64,000 nt of DNA from an uncultured Fretibacterium sp. (GTDB lineage Bacteria > Synergistota > Synergistia > Synergistales > Aminobacteriaceae). Under the pieces are notes generated by a model. It was given only the letters and a program-made list of their open reading frames with translations, was not told the origin of the DNA and searched no databases. The DNA lies in the NCBI GenBank assembly GCA_946183145.1, contig CAMGZM010000007.1:33412-97411 (forward strand), in the 5' to 3' direction. The position numbers and the translations under genes are program-made. Shown here piece after piece: positions 10,161-20,391 of this stretch; the first letter of the stretch is position 1, and each line of letters starts with the position of its first letter.

Positions 10161-11024
10161 TTATGCTTTCCCGTCTGAACCGAACAGCCTGATTTTTTCC
10201 CTTATTGTTTCCTTGATTGCCTCAACTCCGGGTGCTAAGAGCTTGCGGGGGTCGTAGCCTTTGCCTTCGTTGTCTTTTCCGGCCTCAATGTACTTGCGTG
10301 TTGCCGCCGCGAATGAGAGCTGGCACTCTGTATTTACGTTGACTTTTGACACGCCGAGGGTTATTGCTTTCTTGACCATCTCATCGGGAATCCCTGAGCC
10401 GCCATGAAGCACGAGGGGCATAATTCCGGTTTTCTCCTGAACTTTTGCGAGCGTCTCAAATGAAAGTCCCTTCCAGTTCGCAGGATATTTCCCGTGAATG
10501 TTACCGATACCGGCCGCAAGCATATCGACTCCGAGATCCGCAATCCTCTTGCACTCGTCAGGATCAGCGCATTCGCCCATGCCTACAACGCCGTCCTCTT
10601 CACCGCCGATTGCGCCGACTTCAGCCTCAATTGTGAGTCCGAGCATATGAGCCGCGTGGGTAAGCTCTACAGTTTTCGCTACGTTCTCTTCAATCGGGAA
10701 ATGCGAGCCGTCGAACATTATTGACGTGAAGCCCGCCTTTATGCACTTGTACGCGCCTTCATACGTTCCGTGATCGAGATGTGTGCAAACGGGGACTGTG
10801 ATTCCAAGCTCGTGATCCATCGCCTCAACCATAGCCTGCACTGTTCTGAATCCGCCCATGTATTTCCCTGCGCCTTCAGAGACTCCGAGAATTACGGGAG
10901 CTTTCATTTCCTGCGCTACCTGAAGGACTGCCTTTGTCCATTCAAGATTGTTGATGTTGAACTGGCCTACAGCATAATGACCGGCCTTTGCGGCTGTGAG
11001 CATTTCTTTTGCGTTTACTAACAT
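10161..11024 (-). CDS. fba: class II fructose-1,6-bisphosphate aldolase
   Basis: 287 aa. MLVNAKEMLTAAKAGHYAVGQFNINNLEW...HLDHG...LHGGSG motifs. Confidence 0.9.
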   Translation of the reverse strand: MLVNAKEMLTAAKAGHYAVGQFNINNLEWTKAVLQVAQEMKAPVILGVSEGAGKYMGGFRTVQAMVEAMDHELGITVPVCTHLDHGTYEGAYKCIKAGFTSIMFDGSHFPIEENVAKTVELTHAAHMLGLTIEAEVGAIGGEEDGVVGMGECADPDECKRIADLGVDMLAAGIGNIHGKYPANWKGLSFETLAKVQEKTGIMPLVLHGGSGIPDEMVKKAITLGVSKVNVNTECQLSFAAATRKYIEAGKDNEGKGYDPRKLLAPGVEAIKETIREKIRLFGSDGKA

Positions 11025-11174
11025 GCTTAATTAAACCTCCTGAATAAATTTTTGTGGATAAACTAATTATATATCACTTCATTGATTTAACGGCTACGAA
11101 TAAATGAGCGAAAAAAACGCAACAAAAATCCCCCGCCATATTTCAGACGAGGGACAAAATATTTTTCGTGTAAC

Positions 11175-11558
11175 TTACGCGATAACCATCAATACATCGC
11201 CGGTGTTCACGGTGTCTCCGCTCTTGACGGGAATCTGAACAACTTTTCCCGTTGCGCTGGCAAAAACTTCATTCTCCATCTTCATGGCCTCAAGCAAAAG
11301 CACTAAATCTCCCTCGTTCACCGAGTCGCCAACATTGACTTTCACGTTGAGGATTTTTCCGGGCATCGGTGCTGTTACCTGTGAGCCTTCTGCAGGTGCT
11401 GCCGGGGCTGCTGCGGGCGTGGGTGCTGCGGGTGCTGCAGGTGCTGAAGGTGCCGAGGCTGCGGCGGGCATTGCGGGCATTGCTGCTCCTGCTCCGAGAC
11501 TCTCTACTTCTACGGTGTACGCTGTTCCGTCTACTACTACTCTGTATTTATTGCTCAC
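11175..11558 (-). CDS. biotin carboxyl-carrier subunit of a Na+-translocating decarboxylase / carboxyltransferase complex
   Basis: 127 aa. Ala/Pro linker followed by the biotinyl motif EAMKMENE. Confidence 0.8.
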   Translation of the reverse strand: MSNKYRVVVDGTAYTVEVESLGAGAAMPAMPAAASAPSAPAAPAAPTPAAAPAAPAEGSQVTAPMPGKILNVKVNVGDSVNEGDLVLLLEAMKMENEVFASATGKVVQIPVKSGDTVNTGDVLMVIA

Positions 11559-11582
11559 GATTTTATTCTCCTTCCGTTAATC

Positions 11583-11990
11583 TTAATGCCATTTGCGGTT
11601 AAGCCTGTTTGCGTTAAGCCCTATCATTCCGGCCGTCTTCCATCTCGCTGTCCAGTAATCCATCGGGATTCCGTTCGTGCCTGCTTCAGCCTGAACCGAA
11701 ACAACACGGAAATCACTGCTCCCGGTGAACTCCACAATCGCCGCCGTTATTGCCGCGATAATCTTTGCTTTATCCGCTGACGGTGCTGAAACTTTTGCGA
11801 CTGGCGCGGGTGAAGCGGGTTTTGCTGACGGTGTATGTGATACGGGCTTTACATCATTTTTTTTTTCCGGCGAACCTGCAAACAGCCTCATTGCGAATAT
11901 TACTCCCGTAAGCACAAGCAATACCCCGAATACTATCGAGAATGCTACTACGCTCACGTTCACAGCTCCTGCGAGTCCTTCAAAGTGCAT
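11583..11990 (-). CDS. OadG/MmdD-type small membrane-anchor subunit of the decarboxylase
   Basis: 135 aa. One N-terminal TM helix, an Ala/Pro-rich linker and a conserved C-terminal tail. Lies between the carboxyltransferase and biotin-carrier genes. Confidence 0.55.
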   Translation of the reverse strand: MHFEGLAGAVNVSVVAFSIVFGVLLVLTGVIFAMRLFAGSPEKKNDVKPVSHTPSAKPASPAPVAKVSAPSADKAKIIAAITAAIVEFTGSSDFRVVSVQAEAGTNGIPMDYWTARWKTAGMIGLNANRLNRKWH

Positions 11991-12013
11991 TGTCCTTCCT
12001 CCTTCTGTATATG

Positions 12014-13573
12014 CTAGTGAGGGATTACCCCGTGTTTTTTGGCGGGACGTTCCTCGCGCTTGCTCTCCATCGCGTCAAGTGCCTGGCATACTACCATGCG
12101 GGTCTCTTCCGGCATAATTACGCGGTCAACATATCCACGTTCCGCCGCCCTGTAGGGATTCGCAAATTCTTCCCTGTACGCGTCAATCTTTTCGAGTCTC
12201 TTTGCTGACGGATCAGAATCACCCTCAATTTCTTTCTTGAAGACGATACTTGCCGCGCCTTCCGCGCCCATTACGGCAATTTCAGCCTGAGGCCACGCGA
12301 ATACAGCATCAGCTCCGAGTGATTTGCTTGACATGGCCAGATATGCCCCGCCGTAAGCCTTCCTCATTATGACGGTGATTAATGGCACGCTTGCTTCACT
12401 GTACGCATAGAGGAGCTTCGCGCCCTTGCGTATAATTCCGCCGTATTCCTGCTCTTTTCCGGGCAAATATCCGGGAACGTCAACAAACGTAACTATAGGA
12501 ATGTTGAAAGCGTCGCAGTGTCTCACGAATCTTGAGGCTTTGTCGGAAGCGTTAATATCGAGGCATCCGGCCATTACATCGGCGTTGTTCGCTACGATTC
12601 CTACAGGGCGGTTGCCGATATGGGCATAACCTGTAACGATATTTTTCGCGAATCCGGCCTGAACCTCTACAAATTCTCCGTCATCAACTACCCTGCGTAT
12701 TACCTCGTGGACATCATAGCCCTTGTTGGGGTTTACGGGGACAATTCCGCGAAGCTCAATATCGGCTCTCTGAGGGTCATCGTTCGTAGCCTTTAACGGT
12801 GCTTCATCGAGATTATTCAGCGGCAGATATGACAGCACTTTGCGAATCTGTGAGAAGCATTCAGCCTCATCCTTAGCGCAGAAGTGTGCATCTCCCGTTA
12901 TCGTGTTGTGCGTTGCTGCTCCGCCAAGTTCCTCGCTTGTTACTGACTCGCCTGTTACAGCGCGGATTACTTCAGGGCCGGTGATGTGCATTACGCTTTC
13001 TTTGTCGACCATGAATATATAGTCCGTCAATGCAGGGCTGTATACTGCTCCTCCTGCTGTAGGCCCCATTATCACGGAGAATTGCGGAATTACACCGCTT
13101 GCCAGAGTGTTGCGCCTGAAAATTTTTCCGTAACCGTTGAGCGCGTCTGTTCCTTCCTGTATTCTTGCGCCGCCTGAGTCGTTAATGCCTATGACGGGGC
13201 AGCCGTTCTGCATGGCCATATCGATAACTTTGCAGATTTTATCCGCGTGTTTCTCGCCTAACGACCCGCCGAACACCGTAAAATCCTGGCTGTAGATGAA
13301 AACTTTTCTGCCTTCAATTGTCCCCCAGCCTGTTACAACTCCGTCACCCGGAATTTTCCGCTCTTCAAGTCCGAAATTATTGCACCTGTGAGTCACAAAC
13401 TCATCAAGCTCAACGAACGAACCCGGATCAAGCAATGCGGCTATGCGTTCGCGGGCTGTTCCTTTGCCTTTGGACTTCTGCTTTGATACGGCTTCTTCAC
13501 CGCCGCCGGCAAGTGATGACCTGCGTTTGGCTTCGAGATCCGCGCAAAGCTCTTCGATAGTACGAAATCCCAT
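12014..13573 (-). CDS. methylmalonyl-CoA decarboxylase alpha / propionyl-CoA carboxylase beta-type carboxyltransferase
   Basis: Carboxyl_trans family throughout. Start moved to ATG 13573 (MGFRTIEEL...), preceded by GGAGGA; the track's upstream extension lacks an RBS. Confidence 0.9.
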   Translation of the reverse strand: MGFRTIEELCADLEAKRRSSLAGGGEEAVSKQKSKGKGTARERIAALLDPGSFVELDEFVTHRCNNFGLEERKIPGDGVVTGWGTIEGRKVFIYSQDFTVFGGSLGEKHADKICKVIDMAMQNGCPVIGINDSGGARIQEGTDALNGYGKIFRRNTLASGVIPQFSVIMGPTAGGAVYSPALTDYIFMVDKESVMHITGPEVIRAVTGESVTSEELGGAATHNTITGDAHFCAKDEAECFSQIRKVLSYLPLNNLDEAPLKATNDDPQRADIELRGIVPVNPNKGYDVHEVIRRVVDDGEFVEVQAGFAKNIVTGYAHIGNRPVGIVANNADVMAGCLDINASDKASRFVRHCDAFNIPIVTFVDVPGYLPGKEQEYGGIIRKGAKLLYAYSEASVPLITVIMRKAYGGAYLAMSSKSLGADAVFAWPQAEIAVMGAEGAASIVFKKEIEGDSDPSAKRLEKIDAYREEFANPYRAAERGYVDRVIMPEETRMVVCQALDAMESKREERPAKKHGVIPH

Positions 13574-13922
13574 ATTCAGCCAAAGTCCTCCTTCTTGTGA
13601 ATTGTGATATTGATTCATTTTGATGTGAATTTGAACGTAGAATATCATAGAAATTTATTCATTGCAAAATTTCAGCTTCACACGTAAATTTGTCTATTTC
13701 ATAATTGATTCTGCGGGAAAAAATTTCAGTCTCAAACCTGCAAAAAAATTCTCACATACTCAATTGAAAGATGACAAAAAAATTCTCACGCATTAACTTT
13801 CAGACAAGGTGCTAAATTCTGGACATGAAAAAAACATGTTGTATAATACTCGCAAAATTCCAGCTCATAAAATGCAGTTCCGTCGATAATATTCACACAT
13901 TCCAATGTAAGGAGATAAACAT

Positions 13923-14675
13923 ATGCTGATACGGAAATTTACAGCGTCATTGATACTCATATTCGCGATGTGCATACCGTCATATTCAGCGCAGACAGAA
14001 GACCCCGCGCTCAAAGCATGGTCTCACGAAACGCGCGCGCAGAACAGGGAAGGCGATGAAGAGATCAGAATCAAGGCGACGTATTACTCAAATGAATATG
14101 TTGAAGCCCTCGTAACGTCAGAAGCAGAGAAAAATTTGTGGACTGCTGACGAAATGGAGAACTACAAGTACACAGTCCTGAAAAACATAAATCTTTCTGA
14201 GACAATCCCGTTCCACATTGATATGTATGTACGCGGAGTGCCTATGTACGCACAGCCTTTTGACAAGCACATAACATTGATGGTGCGCGGTAAAAAATAT
14301 CAGCCTGTGGATTATGACAAACGCTTCAACTTCAAGATACTCGGAGCGCGTGACGGAATGGTATATTTCCCCCGTTATGACGAGAAGACCGGAAAAGATA
14401 TTCTCTCTGACGCAAAAGAATTAAGGCTCATATTCGACAGCACGATAAGCCATGCGCTTGCGGGACGCGGCGACGTGATATGGATTTGGGACTTGACGAA
14501 AGACCGGGGCAAAATCGCAGGAGGCCGGGCGGCGGACAGGTTAGAGGCTGACAGGCTGATAAAGCGTTCAAGAAAGATTGACGACGAAAGAGCAGCTTTG
14601 CAGAAGAAACTTGACGAGCTCAACAAAGAGTACAATGAAGTAAACACAAGAATAGACGAATTACAGTCAGAATAG
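13923..14675 (+). CDS. exported hypothetical protein with C-terminal coiled coil
   Basis: 250 aa. Signal peptide MLIRKFTASLILIFAMCIPSYSA, RBS AAGGAG. No family recognised. Confidence 0.5.
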   Translation: MLIRKFTASLILIFAMCIPSYSAQTEDPALKAWSHETRAQNREGDEEIRIKATYYSNEYVEALVTSEAEKNLWTADEMENYKYTVLKNINLSETIPFHIDMYVRGVPMYAQPFDKHITLMVRGKKYQPVDYDKRFNFKILGARDGMVYFPRYDEKTGKDILSDAKELRLIFDSTISHALAGRGDVIWIWDLTKDRGKIAGGRAADRLEADRLIKRSRKIDDERAALQKKLDELNKEYNEVNTRIDELQSE

Positions 14676-14713
14676 CATCAATCTCACAAAAATACGAAAG
14701 GAAGATAATAGTT

Positions 14714-15679
14714 ATGGTAAAGATGGACCGTATCGCAGTGCTAACCAGCGGGGGCGACTCTCCCGGCATGAATGCGGCGGTAAGAGCAGTAGCTCGTACG
14801 TGCATGTTCAACGAGAAAGAGTGCATCGGAGTCCGCAGAGGCTATGAGGGACTCATTGAGGGAGATTTCGTTACGCTGGATCACGCTGCTGTAGGCGGAA
14901 TAATTCACAGCGGAGGAACAATCCTCAAGACAGCAAGAAGCGAGCGATTCAAGACACCTGAAGGCCGCGAGGAAGCATTAGAGCAGATGAAGAAAGCCGG
15001 AATTGACGGGCTTGTAGTAATCGGCGGGGACGGATCATTTCACGGAGCGAAAGCACTTCATGACATGGGATTTCCGACAATAGGAATCCCCGGAACAATC
15101 GACAACGACATCACAGGAACTGATGAGACAATAGGATTTGACACAGCGGTCAACACAGCCCTTGAAGCAATCATGAAATTACGCGACACAGCTACGAGCC
15201 ATGAAAGACTCTTTGTGGTTGAAGTAATGGGACGGAACGCGGGATTTCTCGCTCTTGAGGTTGCTGTTGCTACTGGTGCGGAGTATGTTGTTGTGCCTGA
15301 ATTGCCGTTAAGCATCGGGGATTTGACGAAACGACTCAAGAGTTCATACCGTGAAGGACGGAGTCATACGCTGATAATTCTCGCTGAAGGTGTCATGACT
15401 GCTGCGGAAATGCGTGAACAGCTCCAGGACTCCGGCGGATATGATGCGCGTGTTACAGTTCTGGGATATATTCAGCGCGGAGGTCATCCGACATCGTTCG
15501 ACGTAGTACTTGCCACGAGAATGGGAGCATTCGCAACAGAGAATCTCATGATCGGGAAATCGGGAATGATGGTAGGCAATATCAATCACAAGCTCGTATT
15601 AAGCCCCCTCGAAAGAGCATGGAGCGAGCATAAATCATTAAGCCCCGAAATGTTGAGCCTAATGAACAAAATGAACTAG
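14714..15679 (+). CDS. pfkA: ATP-dependent 6-phosphofructokinase
   Basis: 321 aa. IAVLTSGGDSPGMNAA...GGDGS...PGTIDND...MGR motifs. Confidence 0.9.
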   Translation: MVKMDRIAVLTSGGDSPGMNAAVRAVARTCMFNEKECIGVRRGYEGLIEGDFVTLDHAAVGGIIHSGGTILKTARSERFKTPEGREEALEQMKKAGIDGLVVIGGDGSFHGAKALHDMGFPTIGIPGTIDNDITGTDETIGFDTAVNTALEAIMKLRDTATSHERLFVVEVMGRNAGFLALEVAVATGAEYVVVPELPLSIGDLTKRLKSSYREGRSHTLIILAEGVMTAAEMREQLQDSGGYDARVTVLGYIQRGGHPTSFDVVLATRMGAFATENLMIGKSGMMVGNINHKLVLSPLERAWSEHKSLSPEMLSLMNKMN

Positions 15680-15752
15680 CAGTAAAAACGGGGAGTGATG
15701 AAAAAATTTGCTCCCCTTTTCTCCCATCACTTTATATGTAAGGAAAATTTCA

Positions 15753-17429
15753 ATGCCGAGAAAAGCAAAATCACAGGAAGAATTATCACAGGAACAATCA
15801 CAGGAAACGCCGAAAAGAAAACGTACAGTAACAAGAAAAGCAACCGTGCGAAGAAAGAAGGAAGACATGACAGAGGAATTATTCCCCAGTCCTGAATTAA
15901 CCCCTGAAGAACTCACAGAAGAAGTGCGAGAAATACAAGAAGAATCTCATGACGAACCGCCGTTTGAAGCTCCTGAAGACTTTATGCCGGAAGAATCAGC
16001 AGAGATTCCTTACGAGGATTTAGAGCCGTCAGAACCTGAGCCGCAAGAGTCTGAGCAGGAGCCGCAAGAGACGGAGCAGGAGCCGCAAGAGACGGAGCAG
16101 GAGACAGAAGATTTTGACGCGCCCCAGCACGAATTTACACGCACAAGGGGAAGAAGGCAGCTTATTCAGCACCCGAAACCGAAATACACATATGCTATGC
16201 TGTCGTCAAAAAATCTCGCTGACCTCAAAAAGCTCGCAAAGGAAATCAACATCAACATACCCGTATCAATCCGCAAAGATGACCTGATAATCTTAATCCT
16301 GAAAACGCAGGCCGAAAGCATGAATTACCGTTTCGGAGGAGGAACGCTTGAGATATTGCCGGAAAATTTCGGGTTCTTGCGCCCTAAAGGAATGCTGCCG
16401 ACAGACAGCGATGTATATTTGTCGTCCTCGCAGATTCGGAGATTCGGACTCAGGAACGGCGATGTGATTTGGGGACTGATACGCCCGCCGCGGGATCAGG
16501 AGCATTACGAGGCGTTATTGCGTGTTGAGACTGTGAATTTCTCTGACCCTGAACACTCACGGAAGCGTCCCATGTTCGCGCAGTTGACTCCGATTTTCCC
16601 CGATCACCGTTTGAGCCTCGAATATGATCCTTCTGACCTCGCGACAAGACTCGTTGACATGTTCGCCCCGATTGGACTCGGACAAAGGGCATTAATCGTA
16701 TCACCCCCGAAAGCCGGAAAAACTACACTCCTCAAGCGTATAGCCTCTGCGATAACTGCAAATTCTCCTGATGTCATACTCATGGCGCTTTTGATTGACG
16801 AACGCCCCGAAGAGGTTACGGACTTTTCACGCTCAATTGACGGTGAAGTTATTGCGTCAACTTTTGACCGCCCGGCCGATGAACATATACGTGTTGCGAA
16901 TCTTGCGCTTGAGAAGGCGAAAAGGCTCGTCGAGGCAAAACGTGATGTTGTGATTCTTCTTGACAGTATAACGAGATTAGCGCGTGCTTCAAACCTTACT
17001 GTGCCGCCGTCAGGGAGGACTCTTTCAGGCGGTCTTGATCCTTCAGGCTTGTATTTCCCCAAGAGATTTTTCGGAGCTGCACGGAATTTCGAGGAAGGCG
17101 GGAGCTTGACGATAATCGGAACGGCGTTGACTGATACAGGCTCGCGAATGGATGACGTAATCTATGAAGAGTTCAAAGGCACGGGGAATATGGAGCTTCA
17201 TTTGTCGCGTAAACTTTCGGAGCAGAGAATTTTCCCGGCAATCGACATAACGAAATCAGGAACACGGCGCGAAGAGTTATTGATACCTGATGACGAACTC
17301 AAACGCTTATGGATTTTGCGCAAAAGAATCGCGGGAGTCGATGAGGCTGGAGCATTGAATCTCATCATGGACAAACTGCGCCAGACAGATAACAACAGCG
17401 AGTTTCTTAACTCAATAAAGCTGCAATAA
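15753..17429 (+). CDS. rho: transcription termination factor Rho with a ~148-aa charged N-terminal extension
   Basis: The C-terminal ~410 aa carry Rho_N, cold-shock-like and RecA-type domains (PPKAGKTTLL, DSITRLARA). Start placed at ATG 15753 after AAGGAAAA. Confidence 0.9.
   Translation: MPRKAKSQEELSQEQSQETPKRKRTVTRKATVRRKKEDMTEELFPSPELTPEELTEEVREIQEESHDEPPFEAPEDFMPEESAEIPYEDLEPSEPEPQESEQEPQETEQEPQETEQETEDFDAPQHEFTRTRGRRQLIQHPKPKYTYAMLSSKNLADLKKLAKEININIPVSIRKDDLIILILKTQAESMNYRFGGGTLEILPENFGFLRPKGMLPTDSDVYLSSSQIRRFGLRNGDVIWGLIRPPRDQEHYEALLRVETVNFSDPEHSRKRPMFAQLTPIFPDHRLSLEYDPSDLATRLVDMFAPIGLGQRALIVSPPKAGKTTLLKRIASAITANSPDVILMALLIDERPEEVTDFSRSIDGEVIASTFDRPADEHIRVANLALEKAKRLVEAKRDVVILLDSITRLARASNLTVPPSGRTLSGGLDPSGLYFPKRFFGAARNFEEGGSLTIIGTALTDTGSRMDDVIYEEFKGTGNMELHLSRKLSEQRIFPAIDITKSGTRREELLIPDDELKRLWILRKRIAGVDEAGALNLIMDKLRQTDNNSEFLNSIKLQ
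16038..16100 (+). repeat. in-frame 21-nt tandem repeat x3 (EPQE[S/T]EQ) within the rho extension
   Basis: gagccgcaagagWCKgagcag repeated three times back to back. Confidence 0.9.
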
Positions 17430-17442
17430 AGGAGTGTAAAAC

Positions 17443-18417
17443 ATGGCCGAAAAAGAGCGTTTCTTGTGGCATCTCCGCCGCATAATGAAGAAAAATCCGT
17501 TGATCTACAAGATATATCACACACTCAATAATTTTCTCTACTGGAAAATACTGGTTGTAATTAAGACGTTCATATACAAGAACTTTCTGAAATTCCCCTC
17601 AGACGGACTCAACACGTCAGAAAAACGTACGGAAAAAATAATAGTATCATTGACGAGTTACCCCGCAAGAATTGATGATGTGCCTTACGCAATACTTTCA
17701 ATGCTGCGCCAGACAATGAAGCCCGACAAAATAATCTTGTGGCTTGGGACTGGGAAATTTCCTGATGACAAGCTGCCGGAAATTTTTGACCGTGTGAAAG
17801 CGTCAGGCGTTGAGATAAAATTTCGCGAAGATTTAGGGCCTCACACGAAATATTTTTACGCGGTCCAGGAATATCCCGATGACATTGTGATAACGGTTGA
17901 TGACGATCATATTTACGACAGAAATTTGATCGAGCGTCTATACAAGTCGTACAAGAATCACCCAGGCTGTGTTCAGGCATTGACAGTATCACGCATAACA
18001 TTTGACGATAACGGGAACATGAATAAGTATGTTGACTGGGAATATGCTTACGCGGGCAATCCGGGTAGCACCAGCCATGAGTATATAGCGTTCGGCATTG
18101 GAGGTGTTCTTTATCCGCCTCATTCTTTGCCGCCTGAAACATTCAATCTTGAAGCAATGAAGCGTTTAAGCCCCAGAAACGACGACATATGGCTGAAATT
18201 CATGGAGATAATGAACGGCACAAAAGTTACAGCAGCCGCCTCGAGTACCCAATTAGCAGGCTCATATATTTATGGCTGTTCAGCGGAATTTGCTTTGAGA
18301 AATACTAATGACAGACAGGGAGAAAATCAGATTCAGCTTGACGCGATACTTAACGAATATCCCGCATTAGCTGACATAATCAGAAAGGATTCAGGAGTGA
18401 TAAAAGTTGCACAGTAA
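17443..18417 (+). CDS. putative glycosyltransferase (family unassigned)
   Basis: 324 aa. VSLTSYPARI...ITVDDDHIY pattern, as in capsule/LPS-associated glycosyltransferases. Confidence 0.55.
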   Translation: MAEKERFLWHLRRIMKKNPLIYKIYHTLNNFLYWKILVVIKTFIYKNFLKFPSDGLNTSEKRTEKIIVSLTSYPARIDDVPYAILSMLRQTMKPDKIILWLGTGKFPDDKLPEIFDRVKASGVEIKFREDLGPHTKYFYAVQEYPDDIVITVDDDHIYDRNLIERLYKSYKNHPGCVQALTVSRITFDDNGNMNKYVDWEYAYAGNPGSTSHEYIAFGIGGVLYPPHSLPPETFNLEAMKRLSPRNDDIWLKFMEIMNGTKVTAAASSTQLAGSYIYGCSAEFALRNTNDRQGENQIQLDAILNEYPALADIIRKDSGVIKVAQ

Positions 18418-19633
18418 AATATTATCCTCAGCAGAAAAACTTGAAGGCTCAATGGTGAAAACGCTCGCGAGATTGTGCAGCATTCCGGCAGTTTCACCGC
18501 ACAACGGCGGAACAGGCGAGGACGCAAAAATTCTTGAACTCGCAAAAATCATTGATGAGTTAGGGCTGAAAGATATTGCGCTCAAAGTTGAACATGTTGA
18601 CGATGAAAAAGCGCAGTCAGGCCGCAGACCTTCATTATTTCTCGAATATCCCGGGAAAAAGCCGCAGAGACTTTGCATTCTCTCACACATTGATGTTGTC
18701 CCTGAGGGCGATAAATCAGCGTGGACTCTTGACCCCTTCAAGCCTGAAGTAAGAGGCACGAGATTATACGGGCGCGGAGTCAGCGATAACGGCATGTGCC
18801 TTGTGTCATCACTCTTTGCGCTCAAAGCTCTTCAGGACGCGGGAATTACGCCGGAATACTCTATCTTGCTCGCGTTCGTCTGCGATGAAGAGATGGGAAG
18901 CCATTACGGACTCGAACAGTTAATAGAGCGCGACATTTTCAGGGCTGATGATTTAGTTGTCGTTCCTGATTCGGGAAATGACGCTGGGGATTTCATCGAG
19001 ATAGCCGAAAAATCTATGCTCAAGATGAAGTTCACCGTAACAGGAAAGCAGGTGCACGCCGCATACCCGACTCACGGAATAAACGCCTGCAGAGCCGCAA
19101 ACATTCTCGCTCATGAAGTTGATGAAGCACTGCACAAGAAATTCACGCAGGAAAATCCGCTGTTTGACGTTCCTTTTTCGACATTTGAGCCGACAAGAAG
19201 AGCCGCTAATGTCCCGGCCGTGAATATTGTTCCGGGGCGTGAAGTCTTTGAATTTGACTGCCGTATTCTGCCGGAAATTTCGCTTGATGATGTTATTGCA
19301 GCTGTGAATGAAGTTGTTTCTGACGTTGAGAAGAGGACGGGCGCAAAAATTTCTGTTGACTTTGAAGGTTCAAACGCTGCCGAGCCTACAAGAAAAGATT
19401 CTGAGGTTTGCAGGCTGTTGATGAAGAGCGTGAAAGAAGTCCTGAATATTGAGCCTCTTGCAGGGGGAATCGGCGGTGGAACGTTCGCGGCATTCTTCAG
19501 GAAGAAAGGTATCCCGGCTGTAGTCTGGTCTCAGGAATGCGACGGAGTAGCGCATCAGCCGGATGAGTACACAGAAATATCTTACATCGTCAACAATGCA
19601 AAAGTTTTCGCGCTCATGATGGCAGGAGAATAA
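18407..19633 (+). CDS. M20-family metallopeptidase (ArgE/DapE-type deacylase)
   Basis: 408 aa. LSHIDVVPEG...GRGVSDNG...DEE motifs. TTG start 9 nt after AGGAG. Confidence 0.8.
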   Translation: MHSKILSSAEKLEGSMVKTLARLCSIPAVSPHNGGTGEDAKILELAKIIDELGLKDIALKVEHVDDEKAQSGRRPSLFLEYPGKKPQRLCILSHIDVVPEGDKSAWTLDPFKPEVRGTRLYGRGVSDNGMCLVSSLFALKALQDAGITPEYSILLAFVCDEEMGSHYGLEQLIERDIFRADDLVVVPDSGNDAGDFIEIAEKSMLKMKFTVTGKQVHAAYPTHGINACRAANILAHEVDEALHKKFTQENPLFDVPFSTFEPTRRAANVPAVNIVPGREVFEFDCRILPEISLDDVIAAVNEVVSDVEKRTGAKISVDFEGSNAAEPTRKDSEVCRLLMKSVKEVLNIEPLAGGIGGGTFAAFFRKKGIPAVVWSQECDGVAHQPDEYTEISYIVNNAKVFALMMAGE

Positions 19634-19672
19634 TTTTCCCCCCGTCAAAAAATCATCGGCGGGGGTTTTCTG

Positions 19673-20338
19673 TTACTTTGAGGGCTGCTGAATCCAAATC
19701 GTAGCGGCCTCGTTCAGCGGCAAGTTTACACTCTCATGTGAAATAACGCAGGTGAAAATATCATTGTCGTTGTCGATTAATTTCACTTCCGCGCCAATCA
19801 CAAAACCTTTTTTCGCAAGATTTTTCCTCAAAGGCTCATCAGCGGTAATCCTCAGAATTGCGCCCTCCGAATCTGAGTCGCATATCGTCAAAGGCACAGG
19901 CACAATCAGCACAGGCTTCTCAATCGCAAGAAATATCTCGTCAACCCACGGCTGATGTTCCGCCCTCGCTTTCCTGAAATACTCAAGAAGCGCGTACAAT
20001 CTTTCCTCCGTAACAGGGTCAATATAGTGTTCCATTGAGCAGGCCATTTCTGACGAGTGATCGCGGTCAAGCCCTAACAGTTCGTGAAAGAATGCCCGAA
20101 AGCCCTCGTGCCTGTGAAAAACTGTCATGCCTCTTCTGCGTCCTGCGTCGGTCAAATGCAAATTCCCGTAACGTTCGTGCTTCACGAGTTCAAGCTCAAC
20201 AAGTTTCTGTACTGTTGCGGTTACGGTGCCTTTTGTGATTTTGAGACGGTCTGCGAGATCTGTTACTGTGATTTTCCGGCCTGTGCTTTCAAGCAGGAAT
20301 AACTCCTCTAAATAGTCTTCAATGCGCGGGGACAACAT
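19673..20338 (-). CDS. DtxR/MntR-family metal-dependent repressor with C-terminal FeoA/SH3-like domain
   Basis: 221 aa. N-terminal MLSPRIEDYLEELFLLE...VTVTDLADRL wHTH plus a dimerisation/metal domain. Confidence 0.85.
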   Translation of the reverse strand: MLSPRIEDYLEELFLLESTGRKITVTDLADRLKITKGTVTATVQKLVELELVKHERYGNLHLTDAGRRRGMTVFHRHEGFRAFFHELLGLDRDHSSEMACSMEHYIDPVTEERLYALLEYFRKARAEHQPWVDEIFLAIEKPVLIVPVPLTICDSDSEGAILRITADEPLRKNLAKKGFVIGAEVKLIDNDNDIFTCVISHESVNLPLNEAATIWIQQPSK

Positions 20339-20391
20339 AAATTTTTCACCTCAAATTTTCGTGAATGCCAACATTATATCAACAATATTTT

